NCBI GenBank assembly: GCA_021789895.1
Contig: JAJYIU010000010.1
Span: 1,246-33,245, forward strand
DNA length: 32,000 nucleotides
Direction of reading: 5' to 3'
DNA from: Acidobacteriota bacterium
GTDB lineage: Bacteria; Acidobacteriota; Terriglobia; Terriglobales; SCQP01
The notes beneath the pieces are model-generated. The model searched no databases and was not told the origin of the DNA. It was given only the letters and a program-made list of their open reading frames with translations. Shown piece by piece: positions 18,075 to 31,011 of the stretch (position 1 is its first letter; every line of letters starts with the position of its first letter). The position numbers and the translations under genes were made by a program.

Positions 18075-18269
18075 GAAACTTTACGGGGCAGGCTCGGAAT
18101 CGCGGGTCCTGGAAAAGCGTACATTTTTTTCAATCATATCATGCGGACTGGACGCAAGCGCCGATCGGGCGGCGCTTTTGACAGACCTGCAAGGAGACTT
18201 TAAACTAAGTAAGTTGGTAATTTTTAAGGAGCATTCGCCGGGAAAGTTGGAAATTCCGGCCACGACCGC

Positions 18270-18539
18270 ATGGCCAATCATGCATCCGCACTGAAGCGCG
18301 TCCGCCAGACCCGGCGCCGCACAACCCGTAACCGGGCCAATGCCAGCCGTCTGCGCAGTTCGATTAAGCGGCTGGAACAGGCGCTGGCCAGCGGCAATCG
18401 TGGCGCCGCCGATTCCCTGCTGCTCGCTACGATGAGCGCAATCGACCGTAGCATCCAGAAGGGAGTGCTGCACCGCAATGCCGCTGGGCGATACAAAGCC
18501 CGCTTGACCCGCGCCTTCAATCAACTGAGCGCGCAGTAG
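18270..18539 (+). CDS. rpsT: 30S ribosomal protein S20
   Basis: MANHASALKRVRQTRRRTTRNRANASRLRSSIKRLEQAL...DRSIQKGVLHRNAAGRYKARLTRAFNQL. Confidence 0.93.
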   Translation: MANHASALKRVRQTRRRTTRNRANASRLRSSIKRLEQALASGNRGAADSLLLATMSAIDRSIQKGVLHRNAAGRYKARLTRAFNQLSAQ

Positions 18540-18554
18540 CTGTACCTCCTTAAA

Positions 18555-19658
18555 CTATCCAGGCCGCACGCCCGGCCGGCTGAACCCGAAACGAGAGCGC
18601 ACGACGTGCAGTTTCGGGTCCAGCCAGACGCGCAGCCCCATTCGGGGCGGCGCGCCGTGGTAGCCGAAACGCAGATCGGTGATCCAGACTTCGGTGAGAT
18701 CCCCGGTATGGAGAGCGCCGGCCAGGGGGAAGCGGGCAAAGTCAAGAAAGATGCGCCCGCTGCGGCTGCGTTCAGCTGCCTGCATGGCGGGAGTCGGCTC
18801 GGTTTTATAGACGATCTGGGGCGCTTTCTGCCAGCTTTCCTCAGGTGAATCCACCTCGCCTACGTAATAACGATCGGGCAGGCTGACAATGCCTCGCCAA
18901 AACAGCGGATTGGAGAATTCCGGGATGGCCGCGGAGCCGCGTCCGGCCGCGGCAGGAATAGGGCCGCGCTTGACGGCGAGAAGGGCTCGGGCGTGCATCT
19001 CGGCGCGGAATCCCCACCAGGCTAGCATCGCGATCAGGGCGACTGCAGCGCCAGTGCGATGCCGATTGGGGCGGGCGCCCATTTCCCTGCTCACCAGCCC
19101 CAACACCATGGGCAACAATAAGAAAACTAGGAGTATGAGCCATAGCCAGGGATCCAAAATCGGCATCCAATCGAGCGCAAACCAGCGCATGCTGAGGGGT
19201 GAGAAGAGGCGAATGCCGTAGGAATTTGTCCAATCCAGCAAGAGGTGCGAACCGACACCTAAAAATCCAGCCCACAGCGCCAGACGCCACGGCACAGGGT
19301 TAGGCAAACCCGGCCCGGAGCGAGTGGCGGCAGCGCCGAGTTCTTTTAGGGCCTGATTTTCGGGCGCAGACTGCCAGGCGCCGCGCTCTCGATTCCAGGT
19401 TTGTCCGCGCCGCTGCCGCAAGCGCGCCAGGCTGCGCCATACCAGCGCCACGATGGCTATCCAGACGGGAAGAAACAACAGAGAATGGGTGAGATTGCGG
19501 TGCCAGGCAAGGTAGTCGATACCGCGCCCGGCGACGAAAGCGTCCACATCGGGAGCGTTGGCGGCCAATACCAGCATCGTGGTTGCCAATGGCGCCTTAT
19601 CTTTGAAAAAGACCCGCGATAACGCCACGCCGACAAGGGAATGCGTCAGATTATCCAT
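18555..19658 (-). CDS. Membrane-bound metal-dependent hydrolase family protein (YdjM/DUF457-like)
   Basis: MDNLTHSLVGVALSRVFF..., ANAPDVDAF, AWHRNLTHSLLFLP, HLLLDWTNSYGIRLFSP, multiple TM segments. Confidence 0.85.
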   Translation of the reverse strand: MDNLTHSLVGVALSRVFFKDKAPLATTMLVLAANAPDVDAFVAGRGIDYLAWHRNLTHSLLFLPVWIAIVALVWRSLARLRQRRGQTWNRERGAWQSAPENQALKELGAAATRSGPGLPNPVPWRLALWAGFLGVGSHLLLDWTNSYGIRLFSPLSMRWFALDWMPILDPWLWLILLVFLLLPMVLGLVSREMGARPNRHRTGAAVALIAMLAWWGFRAEMHARALLAVKRGPIPAAAGRGSAAIPEFSNPLFWRGIVSLPDRYYVGEVDSPEESWQKAPQIVYKTEPTPAMQAAERSRSGRIFLDFARFPLAGALHTGDLTEVWITDLRFGYHGAPPRMGLRVWLDPKLHVVRSRFGFSRPGVRPG

Positions 19659-19673
19659 GTGTCAGCCGCCTGA

Positions 19674-22620
<2,947 letters not shown>

Positions 22621-22788
22621 GCACCTCAGACATCTTGATACCGCGTTCTTAAATACAACACAAGGGGTTTTAATATTTTTCGATACTGCATATTGTGCCA
22701 GTGTATCAAAGCTGCACTACAATTAATGGAAACTAAAGGTGCTTTTTATTACGTTGCAGAACCCTTCCCTTTCAGCCAATCTCCTGGC

Positions 22789-24474
22789 ATGCAATCCGAT
22801 CGCTTGTTTTCAATCGCGCTAGTGGCATGGACGCTTTGCGGGGGCTCCCTGGCTTCAGGGCAAAACCTGGCTTGGGGACATCAAGGGGCGGTGACCAGCG
22901 CTGAGCGGCACGCAACTCAGGCTGGGATTGGGATTTTGAAAAGCGGAGGGAATGCCGTAGATGCCGCCGTAGCAGTGGGCTTCGCATTGGCCGTTACGCA
23001 CCCGGCCGCCGGCAATATTGGCGGCGGTGGCTTCATGCTGATCCGCATGGCCGATGGGCATGCCTATTTTCTCGATTTTCGGGAAGAGGCGCCAGGCAAG
23101 GCTGGTCCCAAAATGTATTTGGATAAGAACGGAAACTACATTCTGAACTCGAGCATTGTCGGTTTTCGGGCCATCGGTATTCCGGGCAGCGTAGCCGGCT
23201 TGACCATGGCCCGCCGGCGGCTTGGAAAATTAAGCCTGGCAGCAGATATGGCGCCGGCGATACGGCTCGCAGCCGGCGGGTACCGGTTGTCGTATACTCA
23301 AGCCCAAGATCTGCATAGCCCTTATCTCGGTCGCTTTAACGGATCGCGGCGAACATTTCAGCGGAACGGCAAATTTTATTTGGATGGAGAAGTCTTCCGA
23401 CAGCCGCATCTGGCCGCTACGCTGCGCGCCATTGCCGCCGGAGGCGCGCGCGTTTTTTACCATGGTGCGATGGCGCGCGAGTTGGCATCGTACCTTCAGC
23501 GCCACGGCGGCTTGATTACTGCCGCGGATCTGGCGCGCTATCGCGCACGATGGCGTACACCGCTATATGGACATTATCGCGGATACACGATTTTGACTTC
23601 GCCACCGCCTTCTTCCGGCGGGGTCTGTATCTTGGAGATGCTGCACATGCTGGAGCCGACCCGGTTCTGGCGATATGGATTTCAATCCGCGCTCAGCCTG
23701 CATTATCAGATTGAAGCCATGCGCCGCGCCTTCGCTGATCGGGCCGTTTACCTGGGCGATCCCGATTTCGAACGTCTGCCAGTGCGTCAACTGCTGAGAC
23801 GGTCGTGGGCCCGGCAACGCTGGGCAAGCTTTCGCCCCAACCTGGCCAGCCGCAGCGCCGAAGTCGGCGCCGGCCCGCTGCCCGGATTCGAATCCACGCA
23901 GACCACCAGTTACTCAGTCGTGGACCAGGCGGGTAATGCGGTGGCGGTCACCTATACCCTCAATAATTGGTTCGGCTCCGGAGTAACCGATCCACGATTG
24001 GGTTTTTTATTGAACGACGAGATGGACGATTTCACCTCCAAGCCGGGGGTGCCGAATATGTTCGGATTGATTCAAGGCAGGGTGAATCAAATCGAGCCCT
24101 ATAAGCGGCCATTGTCATCCATGGTGCCCACGATTGTGACGCAGCATCACCGGTTGTACATGGTTTTGGGTTCCCCCGGCGGACCGCGGATTATCACGAC
24201 GGTTTACGAAATCATCTCCAACCGCATCGACTTTCATCTGCCCCTGCGCAATGCAGTCGCCGCGGCCCGATTTCATCAACAATGGATGCCCGATGTGGTT
24301 GATCTGGAACAATATGGATTTTCATCCGATACGCGCCGGCGGCTGCAGGCGATGGGTTATGTTCTGAAACTGCAGCCGGATTGGTGCGATGGCGAGGCGA
24401 TCGGAGTGGGACGTTCCGGCACTTTAGCGGCGGTTAGCGACAATCGCCGTACGGGGTCGGCCGGCGCCTATTGA
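22789..24474 (+). CDS. ggt: Gamma-glutamyltranspeptidase, secreted
   Basis: ATG at 22789 begins a signal-peptide-like N-terminus (MQSDRLFSIALVAWTLCGGSLASGQ); AERHATQAGIGILKSGGNAVDAAVAVGFALAVTHPAAGNIGGGGFML; nucleophile region QTTSYSVVDQAGNAVAVTYTLNNWFGSG. Start site uncertain (track starts at 22693). Confidence 0.9.
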   Translation: MQSDRLFSIALVAWTLCGGSLASGQNLAWGHQGAVTSAERHATQAGIGILKSGGNAVDAAVAVGFALAVTHPAAGNIGGGGFMLIRMADGHAYFLDFREEAPGKAGPKMYLDKNGNYILNSSIVGFRAIGIPGSVAGLTMARRRLGKLSLAADMAPAIRLAAGGYRLSYTQAQDLHSPYLGRFNGSRRTFQRNGKFYLDGEVFRQPHLAATLRAIAAGGARVFYHGAMARELASYLQRHGGLITAADLARYRARWRTPLYGHYRGYTILTSPPPSSGGVCILEMLHMLEPTRFWRYGFQSALSLHYQIEAMRRAFADRAVYLGDPDFERLPVRQLLRRSWARQRWASFRPNLASRSAEVGAGPLPGFESTQTTSYSVVDQAGNAVAVTYTLNNWFGSGVTDPRLGFLLNDEMDDFTSKPGVPNMFGLIQGRVNQIEPYKRPLSSMVPTIVTQHHRLYMVLGSPGGPRIITTVYEIISNRIDFHLPLRNAVAAARFHQQWMPDVVDLEQYGFSSDTRRRLQAMGYVLKLQPDWCDGEAIGVGRSGTLAAVSDNRRTGSAGAY

Positions 24475-24532
24475 CGCCCGTGCCGGCAGAACCAAGCCTG
24501 CGCGCCAGTCTACACCGAAAGGATGGAGGCAA

Positions 24533-25372
24533 GTGCCAATTTTAGTTTCTACTCATTTGTTCTCCAACCGGCGCCTGCATACGGCGCTGTTTGATCGGAT
24601 GCTTCATGCTGGAGCGGAAGGGTTTGAAATATTTTGCGCCCGGCAGAGCTTCGACTACACCAATCGAGGCGAGATGGAATCTCTGGCCGCCTGGTTCCGG
24701 CAGAATCCCGGACGCCTGCACTCGCTGCACGCTCCCATGTATAGCGACGACTGCTGGGGACGATCCGGCGAACCGCCGTTGAACCTGGCCAATCCCGATC
24801 ACCGGCAGGCGGTGCGGTCGTTGGAAGAAACCGAGCGCGCGCTGGCCTTCGCGGAATTAGCACCGTTTCGCTACCTGGTGCTGCACCTCGGCATCGGCGG
24901 CGAGCCCGATAGCGAGGCGCGGTCCGAAGCCGCCTGCGCGCAATTGAGCCGGCTGCGCGTCAAGGCCAAAGCCTTGGGGGTGCATCTGCTGGTGGAAAAC
25001 ATCCCCAATGGACTTTCGACACCGGCGCGTTTATTGCAATTCCTGCGGCAAAATCGCTTGGATGACGTCGGAATTTGTTTCGACGCCGGTCACGCTCACT
25101 TGCCCATAGAAAATTACGGAGGCGGAAGCGCGCTGGAGAGCTTCGAGATGGTGGCGGCGCGGACTCTTTCCACCCACTTGCACGACAATCATGGCGAGCG
25201 CGATGAGCATTTGTGGCCGGGCGAAGGCACCTTGCCTTTCGACCAATTATTGCCGCGCATGGCGCAAGCTCGGGGCTTACCCTGGCTGCTCGAGCTTCGC
25301 GACACGCCGGAAAGCGAAACCACCTTCGAACGGCTGCGTCAGGCGATTGCACAGTTACGGGCAAGACTCTAA
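24533..25372 (+). CDS. Sugar phosphate isomerase/epimerase-like (xylose isomerase-like TIM barrel)
   Basis: LHSLHAPMYSD, LVLHLGIGGEPD, LLVENIPN, VGICFDAGHAHL, THLHDNHGERDEHLWPGEGTLPF. Confidence 0.82.
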   Translation: MPILVSTHLFSNRRLHTALFDRMLHAGAEGFEIFCARQSFDYTNRGEMESLAAWFRQNPGRLHSLHAPMYSDDCWGRSGEPPLNLANPDHRQAVRSLEETERALAFAELAPFRYLVLHLGIGGEPDSEARSEAACAQLSRLRVKAKALGVHLLVENIPNGLSTPARLLQFLRQNRLDDVGICFDAGHAHLPIENYGGGSALESFEMVAARTLSTHLHDNHGERDEHLWPGEGTLPFDQLLPRMAQARGLPWLLELRDTPESETTFERLRQAIAQLRARL

Positions 25373-25456
25373 TCACGCGGCGGTTATGGCGCCTTCCGCT
25401 TCGGTTTGGCCTGCATTCGCGCGGAACTGAGACTGCGCCGCCCTACCCCGCTTACA

Positions 25457-26791
25457 ATGTCAGACATGGCAGAAGCTTCAGTGAGCGCCGCTCCGGTGGT
25501 GGCAATTGCCAGGCTTGGCGAACACATCGGCGAAGAAGTCAGGGTTCGCGGCTGGGTCTATAACTTGCGCGAGAGCGGCAAGCTGCTGTTTCCCATCTTG
25601 CGCGACGGCAGCGGTTTGCTGCAGGCCGTTGTGTTTCAGAAAAATGTCCCGCCGGAACTATTCGCCCAAGTTCGCGAATTGACACAGGAGTCGTCGGTCG
25701 AGGTGCGCGGCGCGATACGAGCCGACGCACGCGCCCCCGGAGGGGTGGAACTCGACCTGCGCGAAATCTCGGTGCTGCAACTCGTGCCGGCGTCGGACCC
25801 TTACCCGATTACGCCCAAAGAGCACGGAATCGACTTCCTCATGGACCACCGCCATCTTTGGCTTCGAAGCCAGCGGCAGACGGCGATATTGCATGTGCGT
25901 CATCAGGTAATTCGAGCGGTACGGGACTTCTTCGATGGCGAGGGCTTTGTGCTGGCCGACGCGCCGATTCTGACGCCTTCGGCCTGTGAAGGCACCAGCA
26001 CGCTATTTGAAGTGGAATATTTCGGAGAAAAAGCTTACCTGACCCAATCCGGGCAGCTCTACGCCGAAGCCGCGGCGCTGGCGTTAGGCAAAACGTATTG
26101 TTTTGGCCCGACGTTCCGGGCGGAAAAAAGCAAAACCCGGCGGCACCTCACCGAGTTCTGGATGGTCGAACCGGAAGTAGCTTTTGCCCAGTTGGATGAC
26201 TTGATGCATCTTGCCGAGCGCCTGGTCGCGGCGATTATCTCGCGCGTGTTGGAAAACAGCCGCCCGGCCTTGAAAGTGCTGGAACGCGATTCAACGCCCC
26301 TGGAAGCCGTCCAGCTTCCCTTCCCCCGGCTGAGCTATGATGACGCGGTGTGCCGGTTGCAGGCGGCCGGCAGTACGATGCAATGGGGTGACGATCTGGG
26401 TGGCGCGGACGAAACGCTATTGTCGAAACAGTTCGACCGGCCGGTGATGGTGCATCGCTATCCGGCTGCCGCCAAAGCCTTTTATATGCAGCCGGATCCG
26501 GAACGGCCTGAGGTCGCGCTATGCGTGGATATGCTGGCTCCGGAAGGATATGGCGAAATTGTCGGCGGCAGCCAGCGCATACACGATCTGGAACTGCTGC
26601 GCCGGCGCCTCGAAGAAAATCATCTGGCGGAAAAAGATTTTCGCTGGTATCTGGACCTGCGCCGCTGGGGAAGTGTGCCGCACGGCGGTTTCGGGATGGG
26701 CATTGAAAGGGTCGTGGCCTGGATATGCGGACTTGAGCATATTCGCGAAACGATTCCTTTCCCGCGCACCATCTATCGCATCACTCCCTGA
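25457..26791 (+). CDS. asnS: Asparaginyl-tRNA synthetase
   Basis: Class II aaRS: OB fold [32 protein letters not shown]; [82 protein letters not shown]. Internal ATG at 25457 fits better than 25406. Confidence 0.92.
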   Translation: MSDMAEASVSAAPVVAIARLGEHIGEEVRVRGWVYNLRESGKLLFPILRDGSGLLQAVVFQKNVPPELFAQVRELTQESSVEVRGAIRADARAPGGVELDLREISVLQLVPASDPYPITPKEHGIDFLMDHRHLWLRSQRQTAILHVRHQVIRAVRDFFDGEGFVLADAPILTPSACEGTSTLFEVEYFGEKAYLTQSGQLYAEAAALALGKTYCFGPTFRAEKSKTRRHLTEFWMVEPEVAFAQLDDLMHLAERLVAAIISRVLENSRPALKVLERDSTPLEAVQLPFPRLSYDDAVCRLQAAGSTMQWGDDLGGADETLLSKQFDRPVMVHRYPAAAKAFYMQPDPERPEVALCVDMLAPEGYGEIVGGSQRIHDLELLRRRLEENHLAEKDFRWYLDLRRWGSVPHGGFGMGIERVVAWICGLEHIRETIPFPRTIYRITP

Positions 26792-26798
26792 GGCGGCC

Positions 26799-27710
26799 AT
26801 GCCCAACTGCATTCGCGTCATCGGGGCGCCGATCGATCTGGGCCAGGACCGCCGCGGCGTGGAAATGGGCCCCGCCGCGCTGCGGGTCGCAGGCTTGATC
26901 ACGCGCATCGCTCAATTGGGCCTATCCGCCGAGGATGCCGGAAATGTTGCCGTCGCGCCGGCTCGCCTGGAAGATCTGGGCAATCCCAGCGTCAAGTACC
27001 TGCGTCCCATCGCCGCCAGTTGCCGTATGCAATCGGACTGGATTCAACAAGCTTTACAGGCCGGAGATTTCCCCTTGGTGTTGGGTGGCGATCATTCAGT
27101 TGCCATCGGCGCGACGGCTGGCGTGAGCGCATTTTTTCGCCAACGTGGCCAGTCGATCGGGCTCATCTGGCTGGATGCGCACGGCGATTGCAATACCCCT
27201 GAAACCACGCCCAGCGGCAACATCCACGGCATGGCGCTGGCCTGCCTTCTGGGTGAGGGCCCGAGCGAATTGACGCAGTTAAACGGCTATAGCCCGATGG
27301 TGAAGCCGGAGAATGCCGTCTTGGTTGGCGTCCACGAACTTGATCCGGGCGAAAAGCTGCTGCTGCGCCGCCTGGGGCTCAAAGTATTCACCATGCGCGA
27401 CCTGGACGAGCGCGGATTGCGTGCGGTGATGGAGGAAGCAGTCGCCATGGCCAGCAATGGCACGGCGGGCCTGGTCGCATCCCTCGACATGGACTTCGTC
27501 GATGCGCTGTACGCTCCGGGAGTCGGCACCCCGGTTCGGGGCGGGGCTACTTATCGCGAGGCGCATCTGGCGATGGAGATTCTCGCCGACAGCCTCAATC
27601 TCGCCGCCCTTCAGGTGGTGGAAATCAATCCGGTCTTGGATGAGCGCAACCGCACGGCAGAACTGGCGGTAGAGCTGATCCTGAGCGCGCTGGGCAAGAA
27701 GATCTATTGA
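26799..27710 (+). CDS. rocF: Arginase
   Basis: VIGAPIDLGQDRRGVEMGPAALR, LGGDHSVAIG, IWLDAHGDCNTPETTPSGNIHGM, LVASLDMDFVDALYAPGVGTPVRGGATYREAH. ATG 26799 lies 7 nt after asnS stop. Confidence 0.93.
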   Translation: MPNCIRVIGAPIDLGQDRRGVEMGPAALRVAGLITRIAQLGLSAEDAGNVAVAPARLEDLGNPSVKYLRPIAASCRMQSDWIQQALQAGDFPLVLGGDHSVAIGATAGVSAFFRQRGQSIGLIWLDAHGDCNTPETTPSGNIHGMALACLLGEGPSELTQLNGYSPMVKPENAVLVGVHELDPGEKLLLRRLGLKVFTMRDLDERGLRAVMEEAVAMASNGTAGLVASLDMDFVDALYAPGVGTPVRGGATYREAHLAMEILADSLNLAALQVVEINPVLDERNRTAELAVELILSALGKKIY

Positions 27711-27782
27711 ACTGGCCGCTGCGGACTTGATCGCGGGCTGTTCATGATAAAGTTCCAAGAACTGCTGCTCGGAAATTGATCT

Positions 27783-29486
27783 ATGGCGAATGTGATTCCC
27801 AGTCCAAAAGAATATGACGTCATCATCGTGGGCTCCGGCGCCGGAGGCGGCATGGCGGCCTACATTTTGACGCGCGCCGGCGCGCGCTGCCTCATGCTGG
27901 AAGCCGGCGATTGGTTCGATACGGCAAAAGACTCGACGATGATGATGTGGCCGTGGCAGGCGCCGCACCGAGGCGCCAGCACGCCGGAACATCCCTTCGG
28001 TTATTTCGATGCCTGCGTCGGCGGCTGGCAGTTAAAGGGCGAGCCTTACAGCGTGACCCCGGGCCAGAAGTTCATGTGGTGGCGGGCGCGCATGCTGGGC
28101 GGGCGCACCAATCATTGGGGACGCATTTCTTTACGTTGGGGGCCCTATGACTTCAAGCCGTATACGCGCGACGGGTTGGGGTTCGACTGGCCCATTTCCT
28201 ATCAGGATCTTGCTCCCTACTACGACCGCACCGAAGAGTTGATCGGAGTCTTCGGCTCGCACGAAAACATGGAAAATGCGCCGGATGGGAAATTCCTGCC
28301 GCCGCCGAAACCGAGGGCGCATGAGTTGATCATCCAGCGCGCGGCGCGGAAGCTGAATATCCCCTGCATCCCTTCGCGGCTCTCGATCCTGACCCGTCCG
28401 CTGAACGGACGCATCGCGTGCGGATATTGTGGACAGTGCGGGCGTAGCTGCGCTACCGGCTCGAATTTTTCCTCGCCCACCGTGCTGCTGCCTCCGGCGC
28501 AAGCAACGCAATTGCTGGAGATCCGGACCGGAGCCATGGCGCGTGAAGTGCTGATCGGGCGCAATGGCCGGGCACGCGGCATTTCTTATATCGACAAAAA
28601 GACCCGGAGCGAGGTGCAGGTACACTCCAAGGTGGTCGTGCTGGCGGCCAGCGCCTGTGAAACTGCGCGCCTGTTGTTGAATTCGCGCAGCCCGCAGCAC
28701 CCCGATGGTTTGGCCAACCGCCATGGATTGGTTGGCAAGTATCTGATGGACACCGTCGGCTCGGACGTCGGCGGTTATCTGCCGCAACTGACCGGCTTGC
28801 CGCCCTTTAACGAAGATGGCGTCGGCGGCATGCATGTGTACATGCCGTGGTGGAATTATGAAAAACAATTGCGCCACCAGATGAACTTTCCGCGCGGCTA
28901 TCACATTGAAGTGGGCGGCGGGCGCGGCATGCCCGGCCCCGATTCGTTCGGCGGCAGCGAGCGGTACTTGGGCGGAGGCTATGGACTGCAGCTCAAACGC
29001 GGCGTGAGGAAATGGTTTGGCGCATTCATCGGGTTTTCCGGTCGCGGCGAGATGATCCCCAACGAAAACAGCTATTGCGAGATCGACCGCACGACGGTGG
29101 ATGAATGGGGGATCCCCGTGCTGCGCTTCCATTGGCAATGGAGCGAGCATGAGATTCAGCAGGCGCGGCACATGCAGCAGACCTTCCAGGAGCTGATTGA
29201 AACCGCCGGGGGGAAAGTCACCTACTCGTCCCGCGGGCCGGATTGGGGCATCTCGCGCGGCGGGGAAATCATACACGAGGTGGGAACGGTGCGCTGCGGC
29301 CTCGATCCCCGCACCGCCCCCCTGAATGCTTGGTGCCAGGCCTGGGATTGCAAAAACCTGTTCGTCACCGACGGGGCGCCACTGGTAAGCAACGCCGACA
29401 AAAATCCAACCTTGACCATCATGGCGCTGGCATGGCGGACCGCCGAGCGCCTGGCCAGCGAAATGCGCAAAGGTAACCTCGCCTGA
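27783..29486 (+). CDS. GMC-family oxidoreductase (glucoside-3-/gluconate-dehydrogenase-like large subunit)
   Basis: FAD-binding YDVIIVGSGAGGGMAAYILTRAGARCLMLEAGDWFD; GGRTNHWGRISLR; Cys cluster CGYCGQCGRSC; C-term LFVTDGAPLVSNADKNPTLTIMALAWRTAERL. No own signal peptide. Confidence 0.92.
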   Translation: MANVIPSPKEYDVIIVGSGAGGGMAAYILTRAGARCLMLEAGDWFDTAKDSTMMMWPWQAPHRGASTPEHPFGYFDACVGGWQLKGEPYSVTPGQKFMWWRARMLGGRTNHWGRISLRWGPYDFKPYTRDGLGFDWPISYQDLAPYYDRTEELIGVFGSHENMENAPDGKFLPPPKPRAHELIIQRAARKLNIPCIPSRLSILTRPLNGRIACGYCGQCGRSCATGSNFSSPTVLLPPAQATQLLEIRTGAMAREVLIGRNGRARGISYIDKKTRSEVQVHSKVVVLAASACETARLLLNSRSPQHPDGLANRHGLVGKYLMDTVGSDVGGYLPQLTGLPPFNEDGVGGMHVYMPWWNYEKQLRHQMNFPRGYHIEVGGGRGMPGPDSFGGSERYLGGGYGLQLKRGVRKWFGAFIGFSGRGEMIPNENSYCEIDRTTVDEWGIPVLRFHWQWSEHEIQQARHMQQTFQELIETAGGKVTYSSRGPDWGISRGGEIIHEVGTVRCGLDPRTAPLNAWCQAWDCKNLFVTDGAPLVSNADKNPTLTIMALAWRTAERLASEMRKGNLA

Positions 29487-29506
29487 GACGGCGTAGGGAG
29501 GAAAAT

Positions 29507-30226
29507 ATGCCATCCAGGAAATCCCAACCTTCCGCCGAGCCGGGCGCCGGCCTGCGAAGGCGCGAGTTGCTGAAAATCATCGGGCTCGGACCGGCGGCTT
29601 CGATATTGCCTGCGGCAGCAGCGGCCGAAACTGCCGCCGCCCAGGCGCCCGCCTCCGCCTCCGCCACTGCCGCGCCTCAGCTCAAGTCGCTTAACCGGCA
29701 GGAATTCGACACTATTGCCCTGCTGAGCGATTGGATTTTGCCGGCAGATGAACGCAGTGGCAGCGCCAGCCAGGCCGGCGTACCGGCCTTTATTGACGAC
29801 TGGCTCGCATTTCAAGGCGACTGGCTGAGCGCCGAAATACGCGGCGGTCTGGCCTGGCTCGATCTGGAATGCAATCGTTTGTACAAGCATGACTTCAGCC
29901 GTTGTTCCACGGCCGAGCAAAAAAAAATGATCGACCGCATGGCTTGGCCGCATTCTGCTGCGCCGGAGGATTCCCACGCGGTGGCTTTTTTCAACCGGTT
30001 GCGCAATTTGGTGCTGGGGGGATTTTATTCCAGCCCGATGGGCGTCAAGGATCTTCCCTATCTTGGCAATCAGATGATACCAGAGTGGAATGGAGGCGCG
30101 CCGCCGGCGGTACTTGCCCGGCTGGGATTGACCGAGGAAGAGGAAGAAAACCAGCGCTGGCTGCGCCAGCGCCAGGCCGAAGGGCATTGGGTGCAACGCC
30201 CGCTGCCGCCAGCGCGGCGATCCTGA
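29507..30226 (+). CDS. Gluconate 2-dehydrogenase subunit 3-like small subunit with Tat-like signal
   Basis: RRRELLKIIGLGPAASILPAAAAAE twin-arginine-like leader; LNRQEFDTIALLSDWILPADERSGSASQAGVPAFIDDWLAFQ characteristic of subunit 3; directly follows the GMC gene. Confidence 0.85.
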   Translation: MPSRKSQPSAEPGAGLRRRELLKIIGLGPAASILPAAAAAETAAAQAPASASATAAPQLKSLNRQEFDTIALLSDWILPADERSGSASQAGVPAFIDDWLAFQGDWLSAEIRGGLAWLDLECNRLYKHDFSRCSTAEQKKMIDRMAWPHSAAPEDSHAVAFFNRLRNLVLGGFYSSPMGVKDLPYLGNQMIPEWNGGAPPAVLARLGLTEEEEENQRWLRQRQAEGHWVQRPLPPARRS

Positions 30227-30235
30227 TGGCCGGCC

Positions 30236-30496
30236 TCAGTATCCGCGGCTGCGCTGTAAATCGCGCGCTTCGACGCGGGTTTCCCCGGGATTCAGTACGC
30301 CGCGTTGATGCTCGACTCCCCATGCCGTCAGCGTATCGGCGACCAGCGCGGCCATGATGCCTTCGCCGCGCCCATGTATAATGCGCAAGCCCAGGTGTTT
30401 CCGACGGGCTTGCTCCAGAGCCTCGCGCAAAAGATAGCCCACCCGGCCGGCGTCGGGCGGTACGCCATGCAAATCGAGTTCGTCGAATGCGGCCAT
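30236..30496 (-). CDS. Stand-alone Smr domain protein (86 aa)
   Basis: DELDLHGVPPDAGRVGYLLREALEQARRKHLGLRIIHGRGEGIMAALVADTL: Smr signature LDLHG...IIHGRGEG. Confidence 0.8.
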   Translation of the reverse strand: MAAFDELDLHGVPPDAGRVGYLLREALEQARRKHLGLRIIHGRGEGIMAALVADTLTAWGVEHQRGVLNPGETRVEARDLQRSRGY

Positions 30497-30624
30497 AGGC
30501 GGACGGCAGGAAACATATCAGTCTAGACAATTCTTCCCGCATAGCGGGAGAAAATGCTTGGCCAGATCGTCAGGCAATGCTAAAAAGGAGAATTGCCGGG
30601 ATGCCGGCCGAGGAGAATCCTGAT

Positions 30625-30918
30625 ATGGAAGCCTTAGGCATGGTAGAAACGAAAGGTCTGGTCGGCTCGATTGAAGCCGCCGATGCAATGGTCAAAGCCG
30701 CAAACGTAATCCTGATCGGGCGCGAATATATCGGCGCCGGCTATGTCACCGTCATGGTACGCGGCGATGTCGGCGCGGTGAAGGCCGCCACCGATGCCGG
30801 CGCGGCGGCGGCGCGGCGCGTGGGTGAATTGGTCAGCGTGCACGTGATTCCGCGGCCGCATTCGGAAGTCGAGCGTATCCTGCCCAATAAAGGTGCTGCC
30901 CCGGCGGAAAAGAAGTAA
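30625..30918 (+). CDS. BMC-domain hexameric shell protein (BMC-H, PduA/EutM-like)
   Basis: [87 protein letters not shown]; GAGGAG 9 nt upstream of ATG 30625. Confidence 0.95.
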   Translation: MEALGMVETKGLVGSIEAADAMVKAANVILIGREYIGAGYVTVMVRGDVGAVKAATDAGAAAARRVGELVSVHVIPRPHSEVERILPNKGAAPAEKK

Positions 30919-31011
30919 TCCGTCGAGCTTTCCCGCGCGGAGTTGCGCGCCGGCCCAATGTGGACCGGCGGATGAAATTCGCGCTTTTTCACCTTACGTT
31001 TTACGTCCGGC

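Noticed and set aside
16209-18203. 664-aa plus-strand ORF
   Set aside because: Exact antisense of the well supported phoH/ybeY genes; low-complexity product typical of GC-bias shadow ORFs.
26550-26798. N-terminal extension of the arginase ORF
   Set aside because: Lies inside asnS in another frame; arginase motifs begin right after ATG 26799.
28131-29513. 460-aa minus-strand ORF
   Set aside because: Antisense to the GMC oxidoreductase, whose motifs are unambiguous.
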